Source: Fimbriimonadales bacterium
GTDB taxonomy: Bacteria > Armatimonadota > Fimbriimonadia > Fimbriimonadales > JABRVX01
DNA length: 64,000 nt
Assembly (NCBI GenBank): GCA_045862955.1
Contig: BTVI01000005.1
Span: 39,765-103,764, forward strand
Direction: 5' to 3'
Made by a program: the position numbers and the translations under genes. Of the stretch, positions 1 through 8,399 are shown piece by piece. Every line of letters starts with the position of its first letter. Position 1 is the first letter of the stretch. The notes under the pieces are model-generated. The model worked only from the letters and a program-made list of their open reading frames with translations, did no database searches and was not told the origin of the DNA.

Positions 1-1
1 C

Positions 2-316
2 CGACTCCCTACGGGCGAGACCCTCGACATCCGCACTTGGCGTGACCTGATGCTACGCGTTGTGGAGTGGGCTGACCGCCAAAAGCCGATTCCGGTGCCT
101 TTCAGAGGGCAATCGCGGGGAAAGCGCCTGTTCATCAACAAGAGTCCCGTGCATGAGGACGGCCACGGCATGCGTGGCTACTATCAGATTACGCTTTCCA
201 CCGGAACGGGGTACGTTGACGTCTTTCGGTCGGCCCGAGACTTCGCCAGGTCCCTAGCGACCCTCTGCGAATCGCTGGGCATGGACCCATCCGAGATTGT
301 CGTAGAGCTCTCCTAG
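2..316 (+). CDS. C-terminal part of a protein running in from the left edge; hypothetical, resembles C-terminal domains of some HsdR-N-type restriction proteins
   Basis: Frame is open from base 2 (RLPTGETLDIRTWRDLMLRVVEW...) to TAG at 316. Family resemblance is weak recall only. Confidence 0.5.
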   Translation, partial: RLPTGETLDIRTWRDLMLRVVEWADRQKPIPVPFRGQSRGKRLFINKSPVHEDGHGMRGYYQITLSTGTGYVDVFRSARDFARSLATLCESLGMDPSEIVVELS

Positions 317-510
317 GGCCCTTGTCGTGACGGCGTGAAGCCGCTGCGAAGTTACGTGGTTATTTAGGATCGCTGTCCCATGTCACCACTGCGCCTGACG
401 GATCGGTCGCTGAGACGCGAGAGCATCCCAGCGGCGCACTGAATCGTCGTTCCCCTACGGTGGAGCTACTCACCTGAGCGGAGAAACTAGGCGATCTCGG
501 TGGGAGGAAT

Positions 511-702
511 CTACTCGGGGGTCTTCGTCTCTTCTGGTTCCCCTTCCACGGTCTCTCGCACGACCCTTTGGGACTCGCGAATGCCCTTCTGCAACTCGCC
601 GACGGCCTGCCCGACCGAGCGGGCCAACTCGGGAATGCGCTTGGCGCCAAAGAGCACGAGGATGAGGATGCCACCGACGACGAGTTCAGGCGTACCGATC
701 AC
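511..702 (-). CDS. tatA: Twin-arginine translocase TatA/TatE subunit
   Basis: IGTPELVVGGILILVLFGAKRIPELARSVGQAVGELQKG is the TatA TM-FG hinge-amphipathic helix. GTG at 702 follows a GGAGGT RBS. Confidence 0.9.
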   Translation of the reverse strand: MIGTPELVVGGILILVLFGAKRIPELARSVGQAVGELQKGIRESQRVVRETVEGEPEETKTPE

Positions 703-801
703 AATTGAACCTCCACCCGCCACAGCCGAACGAAGCGGTGTAGGCGGACAACCTTATTATACGTCTTTGGAGCCCGCTTTGGTTGACTTCGCGTTGCGGT
801 A

Positions 802-1365
802 TCAGCGACGCGGCGCGGGGCTCGGCTGGAATCGGACCGATCCATCCGCAAACGCCGCGTTGTTACCGGGGCCCGACTTCGTGCGGTGGCGGCCTTCCGG
901 CGGCAGGCTGGTGACGGGGTCGGCGGCGTTTCGCGCGAGGTTGGCCGAGTCGTACAGAAGGAAGGTGAGGCGGGGAGCGGCGATACGCGGGAGCGGCCGG
1001 GCGGCGAGATCCGCGTTCAACGCATAGCCGTACCTGTCCGACTCTGAACCGAACACCGGACACCGCAGGGAACGGCTCGAGGAGAGGTTCGGTCGTAGCG
1101 CGTCCATCCACACGGCGGCTGGAGGAAAGTAGCCGGAGTGGTCCTCGGCATACGCCAGGGCGGCTTGCGAGAGCAGGCGGAGGCGCGACTGACACCGATC
1201 GGTGTTACGTTCGGCCCACTGCAGGCTTAGTTTGGGGAACGCGATTGCGAGGAGCGCGCCCGACAAAACCAACAGCGTCCCGAACGCGACCAGCACCCAC
1301 ACGATGACACGCGCCCTTCGGCGAACCACATCGCGATTATGCGGAAGCCGCGTCGGTCGGGTCAA
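802..1365 (-). CDS. DUF1559/H-X9-DG-like membrane-anchored protein lacking a canonical prepilin cleavage motif
   Basis: TM segment, then C..RLRLLSQAALAYAEDH..FP, CP motif, YGYALN and C-terminal RH...GNNAAFADGSV. Start uncertain. Confidence 0.7.
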   Translation of the reverse strand: MTRPTRLPHNRDVVRRRARVIVWVLVAFGTLLVLSGALLAIAFPKLSLQWAERNTDRCQSRLRLLSQAALAYAEDHSGYFPPAAVWMDALRPNLSSSRSLRCPVFGSESDRYGYALNADLAARPLPRIAAPRLTFLLYDSANLARNAADPVTSLPPEGRHRTKSGPGNNAAFADGSVRFQPSPAPRR

Positions 1366-1409
1366 CCGAAGGGCGAAAGGAGCCCGGTCGGCTGGGGCAT
1401 AATGGCGGC

Positions 1410-2774
1410 GTGAGCGACGATGCGAGGCGCAGGCTGCCTTCTGTAGACCGCCTTCTTGGGCGGCCCGAGCTGGCCCCTTACTTCGTGCTCGGCCGGGTGC
1501 TGCTGCGTGACTGCTGTCGCGAGGTACTCGAGGATGCCCGCCGGACCGGGGAGACGCCGGATGCGACGGAACTGGCCCAACGCGTGGCGACCAGGGCTGC
1601 CGATGCCAGGACCGTCCGGCTTCGCTACGCCATCAACGCCACCGGGGTGGTGCTTCACACAGGGCTCGGGCGAGCGAGGCTGAGTGAAAAGGCAGAGTCC
1701 GCCGTGCACGACGTGGCGAAGGGCCACAGCGTGTTGGAGATCGACGAGGAGACCGGACGGCGAGGCTCCCGCGTGGAGAGCATCCGTACTCTGCTGCGGC
1801 GCCTGACCGGAGCGGAGGACGCGCACGTCGTCAACAACAACGCCGCGGCGGTACTGCTATGCGTGAACACCCTGGCCGCGGGTCGCGAAGTGATCCTGTC
1901 GCGAGGTCAGAGCGTGGAGATCGGCGGGTCCTTCCGAATGCCGGAAGTGATCGCCGCCGCGGGGGCGACGTTGGTGGAGGTGGGCACCACCAACCGTACG
2001 AGGCTGTCCGACTACGAACAGGCCATCGGACCGAATACCGGCTGCATCGTGCGCTGCCATCCGAGCAACTTCCGCATCGTGGGCTTCACCGAGGAGCCAT
2101 CGGCAGCGGCGCTGGCAGCGCTGGGGCGGGAGCGCGGGGTGCCCGTGCTGGACGACGTGGGCAGCGGCTGCCTGGTGGATATGGAGAGGGCCGGGCTACC
2201 GCACGAGCTGACACTCTCGGAAGCGGTGCGAGCGGGTGCGGACTTGATCACCGCGAGCGGAGACAAGCTGCTAGGCGGCCCGCAGGCCGGGATCGTTCTG
2301 GGCCGGCCCGAGCTCGTGCGTGCTGCGGCGAGGAACCCCATCGCACGCGCGGTTCGGTGTGACAAGCTGACGCTGGCGGCGCTGGAAGCCACTCTTCGCG
2401 AGTATCTCGATCCCGAGGCCGTGTGGAGCGCCATCCCTACCCTTCGCTACCTCTCCCGTCGTGCGGAGGACGTCGGGCAGCTTGCCGAGATGCTAGCAGC
2501 GGAGCTCGGGCCAAACCGGTGTGAGGTCTGCGACGGCGTGTCTGAGATAGGCGGTGGAGCGCTACCGGGTAGCCAGTTGCCGACTCGTGTTGTTAGGCTC
2601 CGGTCGGGGAGGCCTGCCGAGGAGGTGGCGCGGGCGCTGCGATTGGGAACTCCTCCCGTGTACGGGCGGATCGCGGAGGATGCCGTGTGTCTGGACCTGC
2701 GGACGGTAGAGGAGAACGAGGTGCCGTTGTTAGCCAGGGCTGCTCTGTCGGTTTTGGCGTCGGCGGGGGAGTAG
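1410..2774 (+). CDS. selA: L-seryl-tRNA(Sec) selenium transferase
   Basis: INATGVVLHTGLGRA, VNNNAAAV, EIGGSFRMP, EVGTTNRT, HPSNF and SGDKLLGGPQAG motifs. Confidence 0.97.
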   Translation: MSDDARRRLPSVDRLLGRPELAPYFVLGRVLLRDCCREVLEDARRTGETPDATELAQRVATRAADARTVRLRYAINATGVVLHTGLGRARLSEKAESAVHDVAKGHSVLEIDEETGRRGSRVESIRTLLRRLTGAEDAHVVNNNAAAVLLCVNTLAAGREVILSRGQSVEIGGSFRMPEVIAAAGATLVEVGTTNRTRLSDYEQAIGPNTGCIVRCHPSNFRIVGFTEEPSAAALAALGRERGVPVLDDVGSGCLVDMERAGLPHELTLSEAVRAGADLITASGDKLLGGPQAGIVLGRPELVRAAARNPIARAVRCDKLTLAALEATLREYLDPEAVWSAIPTLRYLSRRAEDVGQLAEMLAAELGPNRCEVCDGVSEIGGGALPGSQLPTRVVRLRSGRPAEEVARALRLGTPPVYGRIAEDAVCLDLRTVEENEVPLLARAALSVLASAGE

Positions 2775-2837
2775 AGGCATGCAACGCTCTCATGTCCGCA
2801 GCACCTATTCTGTCGGGTACCAATCCAGACATCTTGC

Positions 2838-3448
2838 CGTGATTCTGAGCTCGACGAGGCATGGCAACCGCTCATCCACCCGCGACGCGGCGAGCCACAC
2901 CGTCATGCTGAGCCTGTCGAAGCATGGCAACCACCCAACGCGCTCAGAGCGCAGGCCCGGCAACGTCTCCTCGAGGCGCGAGACCGTGATGGTAGGTCCT
3001 CTGCATCGGGACCACCACGCAGCCACGCGGGAGGACAGTCCCCACACCGTCATGCTGAGCCTGTCGAAGCATGGCGACCACCCAACGCGCTCAGGGCGCA
3101 GTCCTGGCAGCGTCACCTCGAGGCGCGAGACCGTGATGGTAGGTCCTCTGCATCGGGACCACCACGCAGCCACGCGGGAGGACAGTCCCCACACCGTCAT
3201 GCTGAGCCTGTCGAAGCATGGCAACCACCCAACGCGCTCAGGGCGCAGGCCCGGCAACGTCTCCTCGAGGCGCGAGACCGTGATGGTAGGTCCTCTGCAT
3301 CGGGACCACCACGCAGCCACGCGGGAGGACAGTCCCCACACCGTCATGCTGAGCCTGTCGAAGCATGCGATCGGTAGCCGCATGGCAGCAGATCAAAGAG
3401 TCGGGTTGGCGGCCCCTGCCCGCATGCTTCGACAGGCTCAGCATGACG
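2838..3448. repeat. REP-like array: 147-bp unit x3 bounded by CGTC-tagged palindromes CGTCATGCTGAGCCTGTCGAAGCATG, plus an inverted copy
   Basis: Direct copies start at 2901, 3048, 3195 and 3342 (period 147). Inverted copy at 3423-3448, degenerate copy near 2838. Confidence 0.93.
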
Positions 3449-3524
3449 GGCACTGGTCCTGCGTATCTCCTAAGGTCTCCACAGACGTCCACACCCTTCC
3501 GGGTGATGCTGGCAGGTGCTCCTA

Positions 3525-4016
3525 ATGAAGGGGAAGGTGCTGATCGGTCTCGGGCTGATAGTGGTCCTACTCCTGCTGCGCCTGCTGCTCTCGGCACTGG
3601 GCCCTGCACCCAACGACGTGGACCAGATTCAAGCGTTGATCGAGGAAGCGCGCATCGGTGCCGAGGCGGGCGAGCCGAATCGCATCACCGACTCGATTGC
3701 GGAGAACGCCGTGGTGCAAGGCATGACGCGGCGCGAGTTGGTACGTCTCATGCGTGCCAGTCTCCGCCAAGCAGAGAACATCCGAGTTACGCTCTCGAGG
3801 CCATCGGTGCGCGTCGAAGGCGACAAAGCTACGGCGCAGATTGACAAGGCGAGCGTGTCTTATACGTGGAATGGTATGGACACCAGTCTCGGGCTGACCG
3901 GCTTGACGCTGCACCTGGAACGGCAGAAGGTGCGGAAGTGGCTGGTGTTCACCGAGAGCCGCTGGCAGATCGTGCGCGCAACGGCGTCGGGAGCACCCAG
4001 TATGGGAGGTTTCTAG
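3525..4016 (+). CDS. Hypothetical membrane-anchored protein, NTF2/SnoaL-like fold likely
   Basis: N-terminal hydrophobic anchor, then DQIQALIEE...ITDSIAENA...VRVEGDKATA...WQIVRA. Confidence 0.65.
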   Translation: MKGKVLIGLGLIVVLLLLRLLLSALGPAPNDVDQIQALIEEARIGAEAGEPNRITDSIAENAVVQGMTRRELVRLMRASLRQAENIRVTLSRPSVRVEGDKATAQIDKASVSYTWNGMDTSLGLTGLTLHLERQKVRKWLVFTESRWQIVRATASGAPSMGGF

Positions 4017-4018
4017 GC

Positions 4019-4750
4019 GTGGCACTTGCACACGTGCGCTTCTTCAGCCAATCGCTGGAGAAGTGTTCCGAAATGGTAGTGTTGTTGCCCGAAGGGGATC
4101 GGCTCGGCCCCTACCCCGTGTGGTATCTGCTGCATGGCCTGAGCGACGATTGCACGGCCTGGAGCCGATACACCACCATTCAGCGCGCCGTGGAGGGGTT
4201 GCCTCTGGTAGTAGTCATGCCTGACGGCGGTCGGGGCTACTACACCGACAACGCACAAGGGCCGGCATGGGAGGCGCACTTCTTTCGAGACGTGGTACCG
4301 TTCGTCGAGCGCACCTTCTCTGTTAGGACGGAGGGAGCGTGCCGCGTCGTCTCGGGGCACTCGATGGGTGGATACGGTGCGATCAAGTTCGCGCTTCGTC
4401 GACCGGACATGTTCGTAGCCGCGGTGGGGCATTCGGGAGCTTACCTCGCCCCGTTCGAGCGAACGGATCCGGAGGGAGTACGCATCTTCGGCCGTGCTCC
4501 GGCGGGCGGGCCGGACGACCTGCTATCGCTTGTCGCCTCCGCTAGCGGTTCGGAACTCCCGGCGCTTCGGCTGGATTGCGGGACCGATGACTACCTCCTC
4601 CACCACTCGCGCAGTCTGCATGACAGGCTGATGGAACTAGGTATCGAGCACGACTACCACGAGTACGCCGGCGCCCACACGTGGGACTATTGGCAACAGC
4701 GCCTACCGCAGACGGTGGCATTCGTGGCCCGCCAACTAGGGCTACGGTAG
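4019..4750 (+). CDS. Alpha/beta hydrolase, putative esterase (tributyrin esterase/FrmB-like)
   Basis: YLLHGLSDD, VVMPDGG, GHSMGGYGA nucleophile elbow, DCGTDD and GAHTWDYW. GTG at 4019 follows GGAGGT. Confidence 0.9.
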   Translation: MALAHVRFFSQSLEKCSEMVVLLPEGDRLGPYPVWYLLHGLSDDCTAWSRYTTIQRAVEGLPLVVVMPDGGRGYYTDNAQGPAWEAHFFRDVVPFVERTFSVRTEGACRVVSGHSMGGYGAIKFALRRPDMFVAAVGHSGAYLAPFERTDPEGVRIFGRAPAGGPDDLLSLVASASGSELPALRLDCGTDDYLLHHSRSLHDRLMELGIEHDYHEYAGAHTWDYWQQRLPQTVAFVARQLGLR

Positions 4751-4773
4751 GCACGCGGCTCGTCGAGGCCGAG

Positions 4774-5511
4774 CTACCAGGAGACGAACTTCACATGACC
4801 GCCCACGTATAGCACGTTCGACCTTCGCACGCCGTGAACACTACGGGTTGCCGCTCCCGCAGCATAGTCCAGCCACAGCGCATCCTCGAGGTAGGGTGTA
4901 TCCGGCGCCAAACTTCGCAGCCGATGTCGCAAGGTGTGACCTTCGCCCTCATACATGCAACGCTGCAGACGAAAGTCCAACTCGTAGCTAGTGTACAGCG
5001 AACGATGGTCCTTCGGATCGTCCATGTCGGCCAGAAAGCTCGGGTCGGCGCGGAACCTATCCGCGGCACACCAGAAGACCTCGTCGGAGCGAGTGTACAT
5101 CTTAAGGGAGTCCCGCCAGAGCTGTGGTCGGCCTGCGATGAAGCATTTCAGGTTGTCATAGGGGGGCGGGTAGTCGTCCCGGTACTCTTCGGGAGGGGGC
5201 GCAGATGTACCGCCGCCCTCCCCTGGCTTCAGCGCCCAGTAATGGGTCTGGAGCGGATGGCACGGTAGCAGTCCTACGTGATCGTCTGCGTACATCACGC
5301 TAGCTTTGTGAAGCTGCGCAAGATTGGATGCGCAGCTCCCGGCTTGCGCTTTCGACTTGACGAAGTTGAGAACCGGCATGCTAATCGCGGCGAGCGCGAG
5401 CAGGATGGCGATGACCACGAGGGTCTCGACCAGAGTAAGCGCTCGTGAGCAGCAGCTTCGGCCCAGCGAGGTTGACCTAGTTACGGCTATTCCGGCCATA
5501 GGAGTTCGCAT
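4774..5511 (-). CDS. Prepilin-type N-terminal methylation/DUF1559-like protein (cassette 1)
   Basis: A|LTLVETLVVIAILLALAAI..P, CASNLAQL..MYADD, VFWC, YTSY and degenerate end HGVRRSNVLYVGGHVKF. Start uncertain. Confidence 0.8.
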   Translation of the reverse strand: MRTPMAGIAVTRSTSLGRSCCSRALTLVETLVVIAILLALAAISMPVLNFVKSKAQAGSCASNLAQLHKASVMYADDHVGLLPCHPLQTHYWALKPGEGGGTSAPPPEEYRDDYPPPYDNLKCFIAGRPQLWRDSLKMYTRSDEVFWCAADRFRADPSFLADMDDPKDHRSLYTSYELDFRLQRCMYEGEGHTLRHRLRSLAPDTPYLEDALWLDYAAGAATRSVHGVRRSNVLYVGGHVKFVSW

Positions 5512-6191
5512 CGCTTCCTGGCAACCTGCCCCACGTCATACTCCCCAGTGCAGTCGGTAGTGTAGTAGTAGTGCCTCTGGCAAGAAGTCGGGTAGCAATT
5601 GTAGTTCTCGTTGATGCACTGCGTAGCGTGATTCGCGAGCTGCCGGTACGACATCCCCGAGCCCCACGGCGCGCACGCGATAAGCTCGCACACGCGGTGC
5701 CCTTGTCTGCAATTCGAACGGTCTTCCAGCATTAGACCGATGCTGGCCCAGCCTAGTCCTACCGCTAGGAACAGGACAACGGCCCCAACGCTGCGCGCGG
5801 CAACGGTAGGACACTGGCTAGCCGACATCTGTCGCACCGTCGCTACAGCTATGACAGCGAAACAAGTCCAGACGCCGAGGCACAGCGGGCAGACCATGCC
5901 ACCGACGGCCATGGAATTCAGGGCCACCACCGCGACAGGCAGCCCGCAGAACGTGCAGAAGCGCCCTAGGCGCTGCCATATGCCGTGCTCGCCGCGAGCG
6001 AAAAGCTGAAGCACGAAGTAGCCGATGCCAGCGATTGGAGGCATGAACGCGATGAGTGTCGCTCCGACGAGAACAGCGCCCGAGCAGTCGCAGATGCGCA
6101 ACCCTCCGGCAGATGCGATCCTAGCAGCTAATAGGGAAAGGGAAAGTACTACCCCTACCCAGCACGCCCAGTTCGTAAGCTTATTCGTCAT
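5487..6191 (-). CDS. VKOR-like (CxC...CPLC) membrane protein fused to a Cys-rich C-terminal domain (cassette 1)
   Basis: Several hydrophobic segments with ICDCS and VCPLCLGVW, then a further hydrophobic segment and an 8-Cys tail. Paralog at 7422-8140. Confidence 0.7.
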   Translation of the reverse strand: MTNKLTNWACWVGVVLSLSLLAARIASAGGLRICDCSGAVLVGATLIAFMPPIAGIGYFVLQLFARGEHGIWQRLGRFCTFCGLPVAVVALNSMAVGGMVCPLCLGVWTCFAVIAVATVRQMSASQCPTVAARSVGAVVLFLAVGLGWASIGLMLEDRSNCRQGHRVCELIACAPWGSGMSYRQLANHATQCINENYNCYPTSCQRHYYYTTDCTGEYDVGQVARKRCELLWPE

Positions 6192-6242
6192 TCCTACACC
6201 TCTCCGTTGCATCCTCTGCGGTCTGCAGAGCATGCCTAGTCA

Positions 6243-6271
6243 AATATACAGCGTCTCGCTCCGCAGGTCAA
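6243..6271 (-). promoter_or_regulatory. Putative sigma70 promoter of cassette 1
   Basis: TTGACC-17 bp-TATATT on the minus strand, positionally conserved with 8197-8225. Confidence 0.7.
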
Positions 6272-6297
6272 GTTCTCACCGCGAAACTCCTGTAAAC

Positions 6298-6624
6298 CTA
6301 CACGAGGAAAAGGCTTGCGGTCAATCTGGTGCCTGGACTCACGTCAGCGTTTGCGGACCGAGGCGCAGGCGCAGATGTACCGCCGCCCTCCCCTGGCTTC
6401 AGCGCCCAGTAATGGGTCTGAAGCGGATGGCACGGTAGCAGTCCTACGTGATCGTCTGCGTACATCACGCTAGCTTTGTGGAGCTGCGCAAGATTGGATG
6501 CGCAGCTCCCGGCTTGCGCTCTCGACTTGACGAAGTTGAGAACCGACATGCTAATCGCGGCGAGCGCGAGGATGATCACCACTACCACCAGCAGCTCCAC
6601 AAGCGTTATTGCGCCTAGTCTCAC
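6298..6624 (-). pseudogene. Truncated duplicate of the 4774-5511 prepilin-type gene
   Basis: 6368-6570 matches 5198-5400 with about 4 mismatches, then runs into the cassette upstream region. The C-terminal domain is absent. Confidence 0.8.
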
Positions 6625-6791
6625 ACCACACCTCGTTTCGGCCGGCCCACATTGGCGGTGGGAGCAACTGCGGGCCTACCCGCCGCAGCCCCACGGTACC
6701 TCGCGGCAGGCGACGAAACTGGCAGTCTCGTTGTCGGATGCCTCCGCTGTGCCCGGCATCGGGCAGCTCGTGGTGCCAGCGTAGTTCAGGA

Positions 6792-7412
6792 CTAGTCCGC
6801 CCGCGTATACCGCACGCTGCCATCGAGGTAGAGCGCGTTGGCGCCGCCACCGTGGAACGTCTTCCAAGACGTCGAACCTGGTCGCGGCCACCACTGCGCG
6901 TCGCCGATGTAGGGGGTCTCAGCCGGTCCGCGCTTTGTCCTGTCAAGACGAATCGCGAGGGCCTGGCTTGGTCCCCACGATGACCTCATGTGGGCGAGAA
7001 CTGCCATCCGATAGCTGGTATACAGGTAGCTCTTGTCTTCTGGGTAGTCGAGGAAGACCACGAAGGGCTTCCCCCGATACCCGTCGGCGGGACACCAGAA
7101 CACCTCTCGGGACTTGGCGTAAACGGCTAGCGCGTCCCGCCACTCCCTGGGACGACCGATCACCTTGGTCTCCATCCTACCACGTTCGTCAACAGCCTTG
7201 ATAGACTGAATGGAGTGGCAAGGTAGCCAGCCGCTGTGGTCGCCCGCATACATCAGGACGGCCTTTCCGATCTGGCTCAGGTTATTTGCGCACCCGGACA
7301 CGAGGCTTCGGGACCTAACGATGTTCGCGACAGGCAGAGCGATAGCAATCAGCGCCAACAAGATCACCACGACGACCAATAGCTCGACGAGCGTGAAGGC
7401 TTTAGTCCTCAT
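6792..7412 (-). CDS. Prepilin-type N-terminal methylation/DUF1559 H-X9-DG protein (cassette 2)
   Basis: MRTKA|FTLVELLVVVVIL, CANNLSQIG..MYAGD, VFWCPAD, YTSY and HGGGANALYLDG (H-x9-DG). Confidence 0.88.
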   Translation of the reverse strand: MRTKAFTLVELLVVVVILLALIAIALPVANIVRSRSLVSGCANNLSQIGKAVLMYAGDHSGWLPCHSIQSIKAVDERGRMETKVIGRPREWRDALAVYAKSREVFWCPADGYRGKPFVVFLDYPEDKSYLYTSYRMAVLAHMRSSWGPSQALAIRLDRTKRGPAETPYIGDAQWWPRPGSTSWKTFHGGGANALYLDGSVRYTRAD

Positions 7413-7421
7413 ATCACACCG

Positions 7422-8140
7422 CTACTTCGGGGGTGGAGGCAGATGATGACAGCATTTCCTGCTATAGTACTGGCCGTACCACCACCCGTTGCCTGGGCAG
7501 TCCGGCTCCTCGTACACCCTCATGAAGCAGCTCATCCAGTCGCAGCCCGGGCCATTCCAGTCATAGCAGCGATCGTAACCATTTGGCAGTCTCAACGTCG
7601 AACCGCCGAGAGGGCCCTCAGGGTAGCAGCCGTAGTCACAGCAGTGGCCGTCCGGATCGCAATTTGGATTGGGCTCAGACATTGCGCCCACGCCCTGTGC
7701 GACCGCGATACCTACTACGAGAAGCACTACTACCGATGCGAGGCTACGAACCACCGAGAGGGGCTTGGCACGAGCCACGATCTCCCGCACGGTCGCCGCG
7801 ACTACGACACCGAAGCACACCCAGACGCCGAGGCACAGCGGGCAGACCATGCCACCGACGGACATGGAATTCAGGGCCACCACCGCGACAGGCAGCGCGC
7901 AGAACGTAGACAGGCGTGAGAAACCCTGCCATCTTCCGCGCTTCCAGCTGCCGAGTAGCTGGATGATGAAGTAGCCGATGCCCGCGATTGGAGGCATGAA
8001 GGTCATGAGTGTCGCCCCGACGAGGACTGCGCCCGAGCAGTCGCAGATGCGCAACCTCCGGCTGATGCGATCCTAGCAGCTAATAGGGAAAGGGAAAGTA
8101 CTACCCCTCCCCAGCACGCCCAGCTTGTGAGTTTGTTCAT
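7422..8140 (-). pseudogene. VKOR-like/Cys-rich fusion (cassette 2) with a 1-nt frameshift near 8055; may be a sequencing error
   Basis: MNKLTSWACWGGVVLSLSLLAARIASAGG from 8140 matches cassette 1. GCAACCTCCGG here versus GCAACCCTCCGG in copy 1. Downstream ORF has CPLC and a 10-Cys tail. Confidence 0.7.
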
Positions 8141-8196
8141 CACGCCTACACCTCTTCCGGGGCACCCTGTGCGTGCTGCAGAGCATGCCCAGTTAA

Positions 8197-8225
8197 AAGA
8201 TACGGCGACCGCTGTAAGATGTCAA
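8197..8225 (-). promoter_or_regulatory. Putative sigma70 promoter of cassette 2
   Basis: TTGACA-17 bp-TATCTT on the minus strand. Confidence 0.7.
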
Positions 8226-8356
8226 GTCCTCACCAAGAGATTCCTGTGACTCCGCATGAGGGTAAGGCTTGCGGCCACGCCCGTGCCTGGTTTCACGCTA
8301 GCGTCTCCGGCCCGTCGCACAGGCACAGCTTTCTGGCGGGAGAGCGTAGGTGTGAC

Positions 8357-8396
8357 AACCCTCACCCCGGCCCTCTCCCTTCGAAGGGAGAGGGAG
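8357..8396. repeat. Second REP-like palindrome family (CCCTCACCCC..CCCTCTCCC-n-GGGAGAGGG)
   Basis: Hairpin just after the prfA stop. Similar copies at 17969-18010 and 61790-61830. Confidence 0.8.
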
Positions 8397-8399
8397 GGG

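Noticed and set aside
2901..3367. CRISPR array interpretation of the regularly spaced 26-bp palindromic repeat
   Set aside because: The intervening 121-bp segments are near-identical rather than unique spacers, the repeat also occurs inverted, and there are no cas genes.
2779..3525. 248-aa and 192-aa repeat-protein ORFs
   Set aside because: The 147-bp unit is a multiple of 3, so frames stay open on both strands by chance. The content is the same non-coding palindrome seen at 16-18 kb.
6625..6791. Possible remnant of a third Cys-rich tail between the two pseudopilin genes
   Set aside because: A few cysteines and an LLPPP echo are present but split across frames, with no convincing scaffold match.
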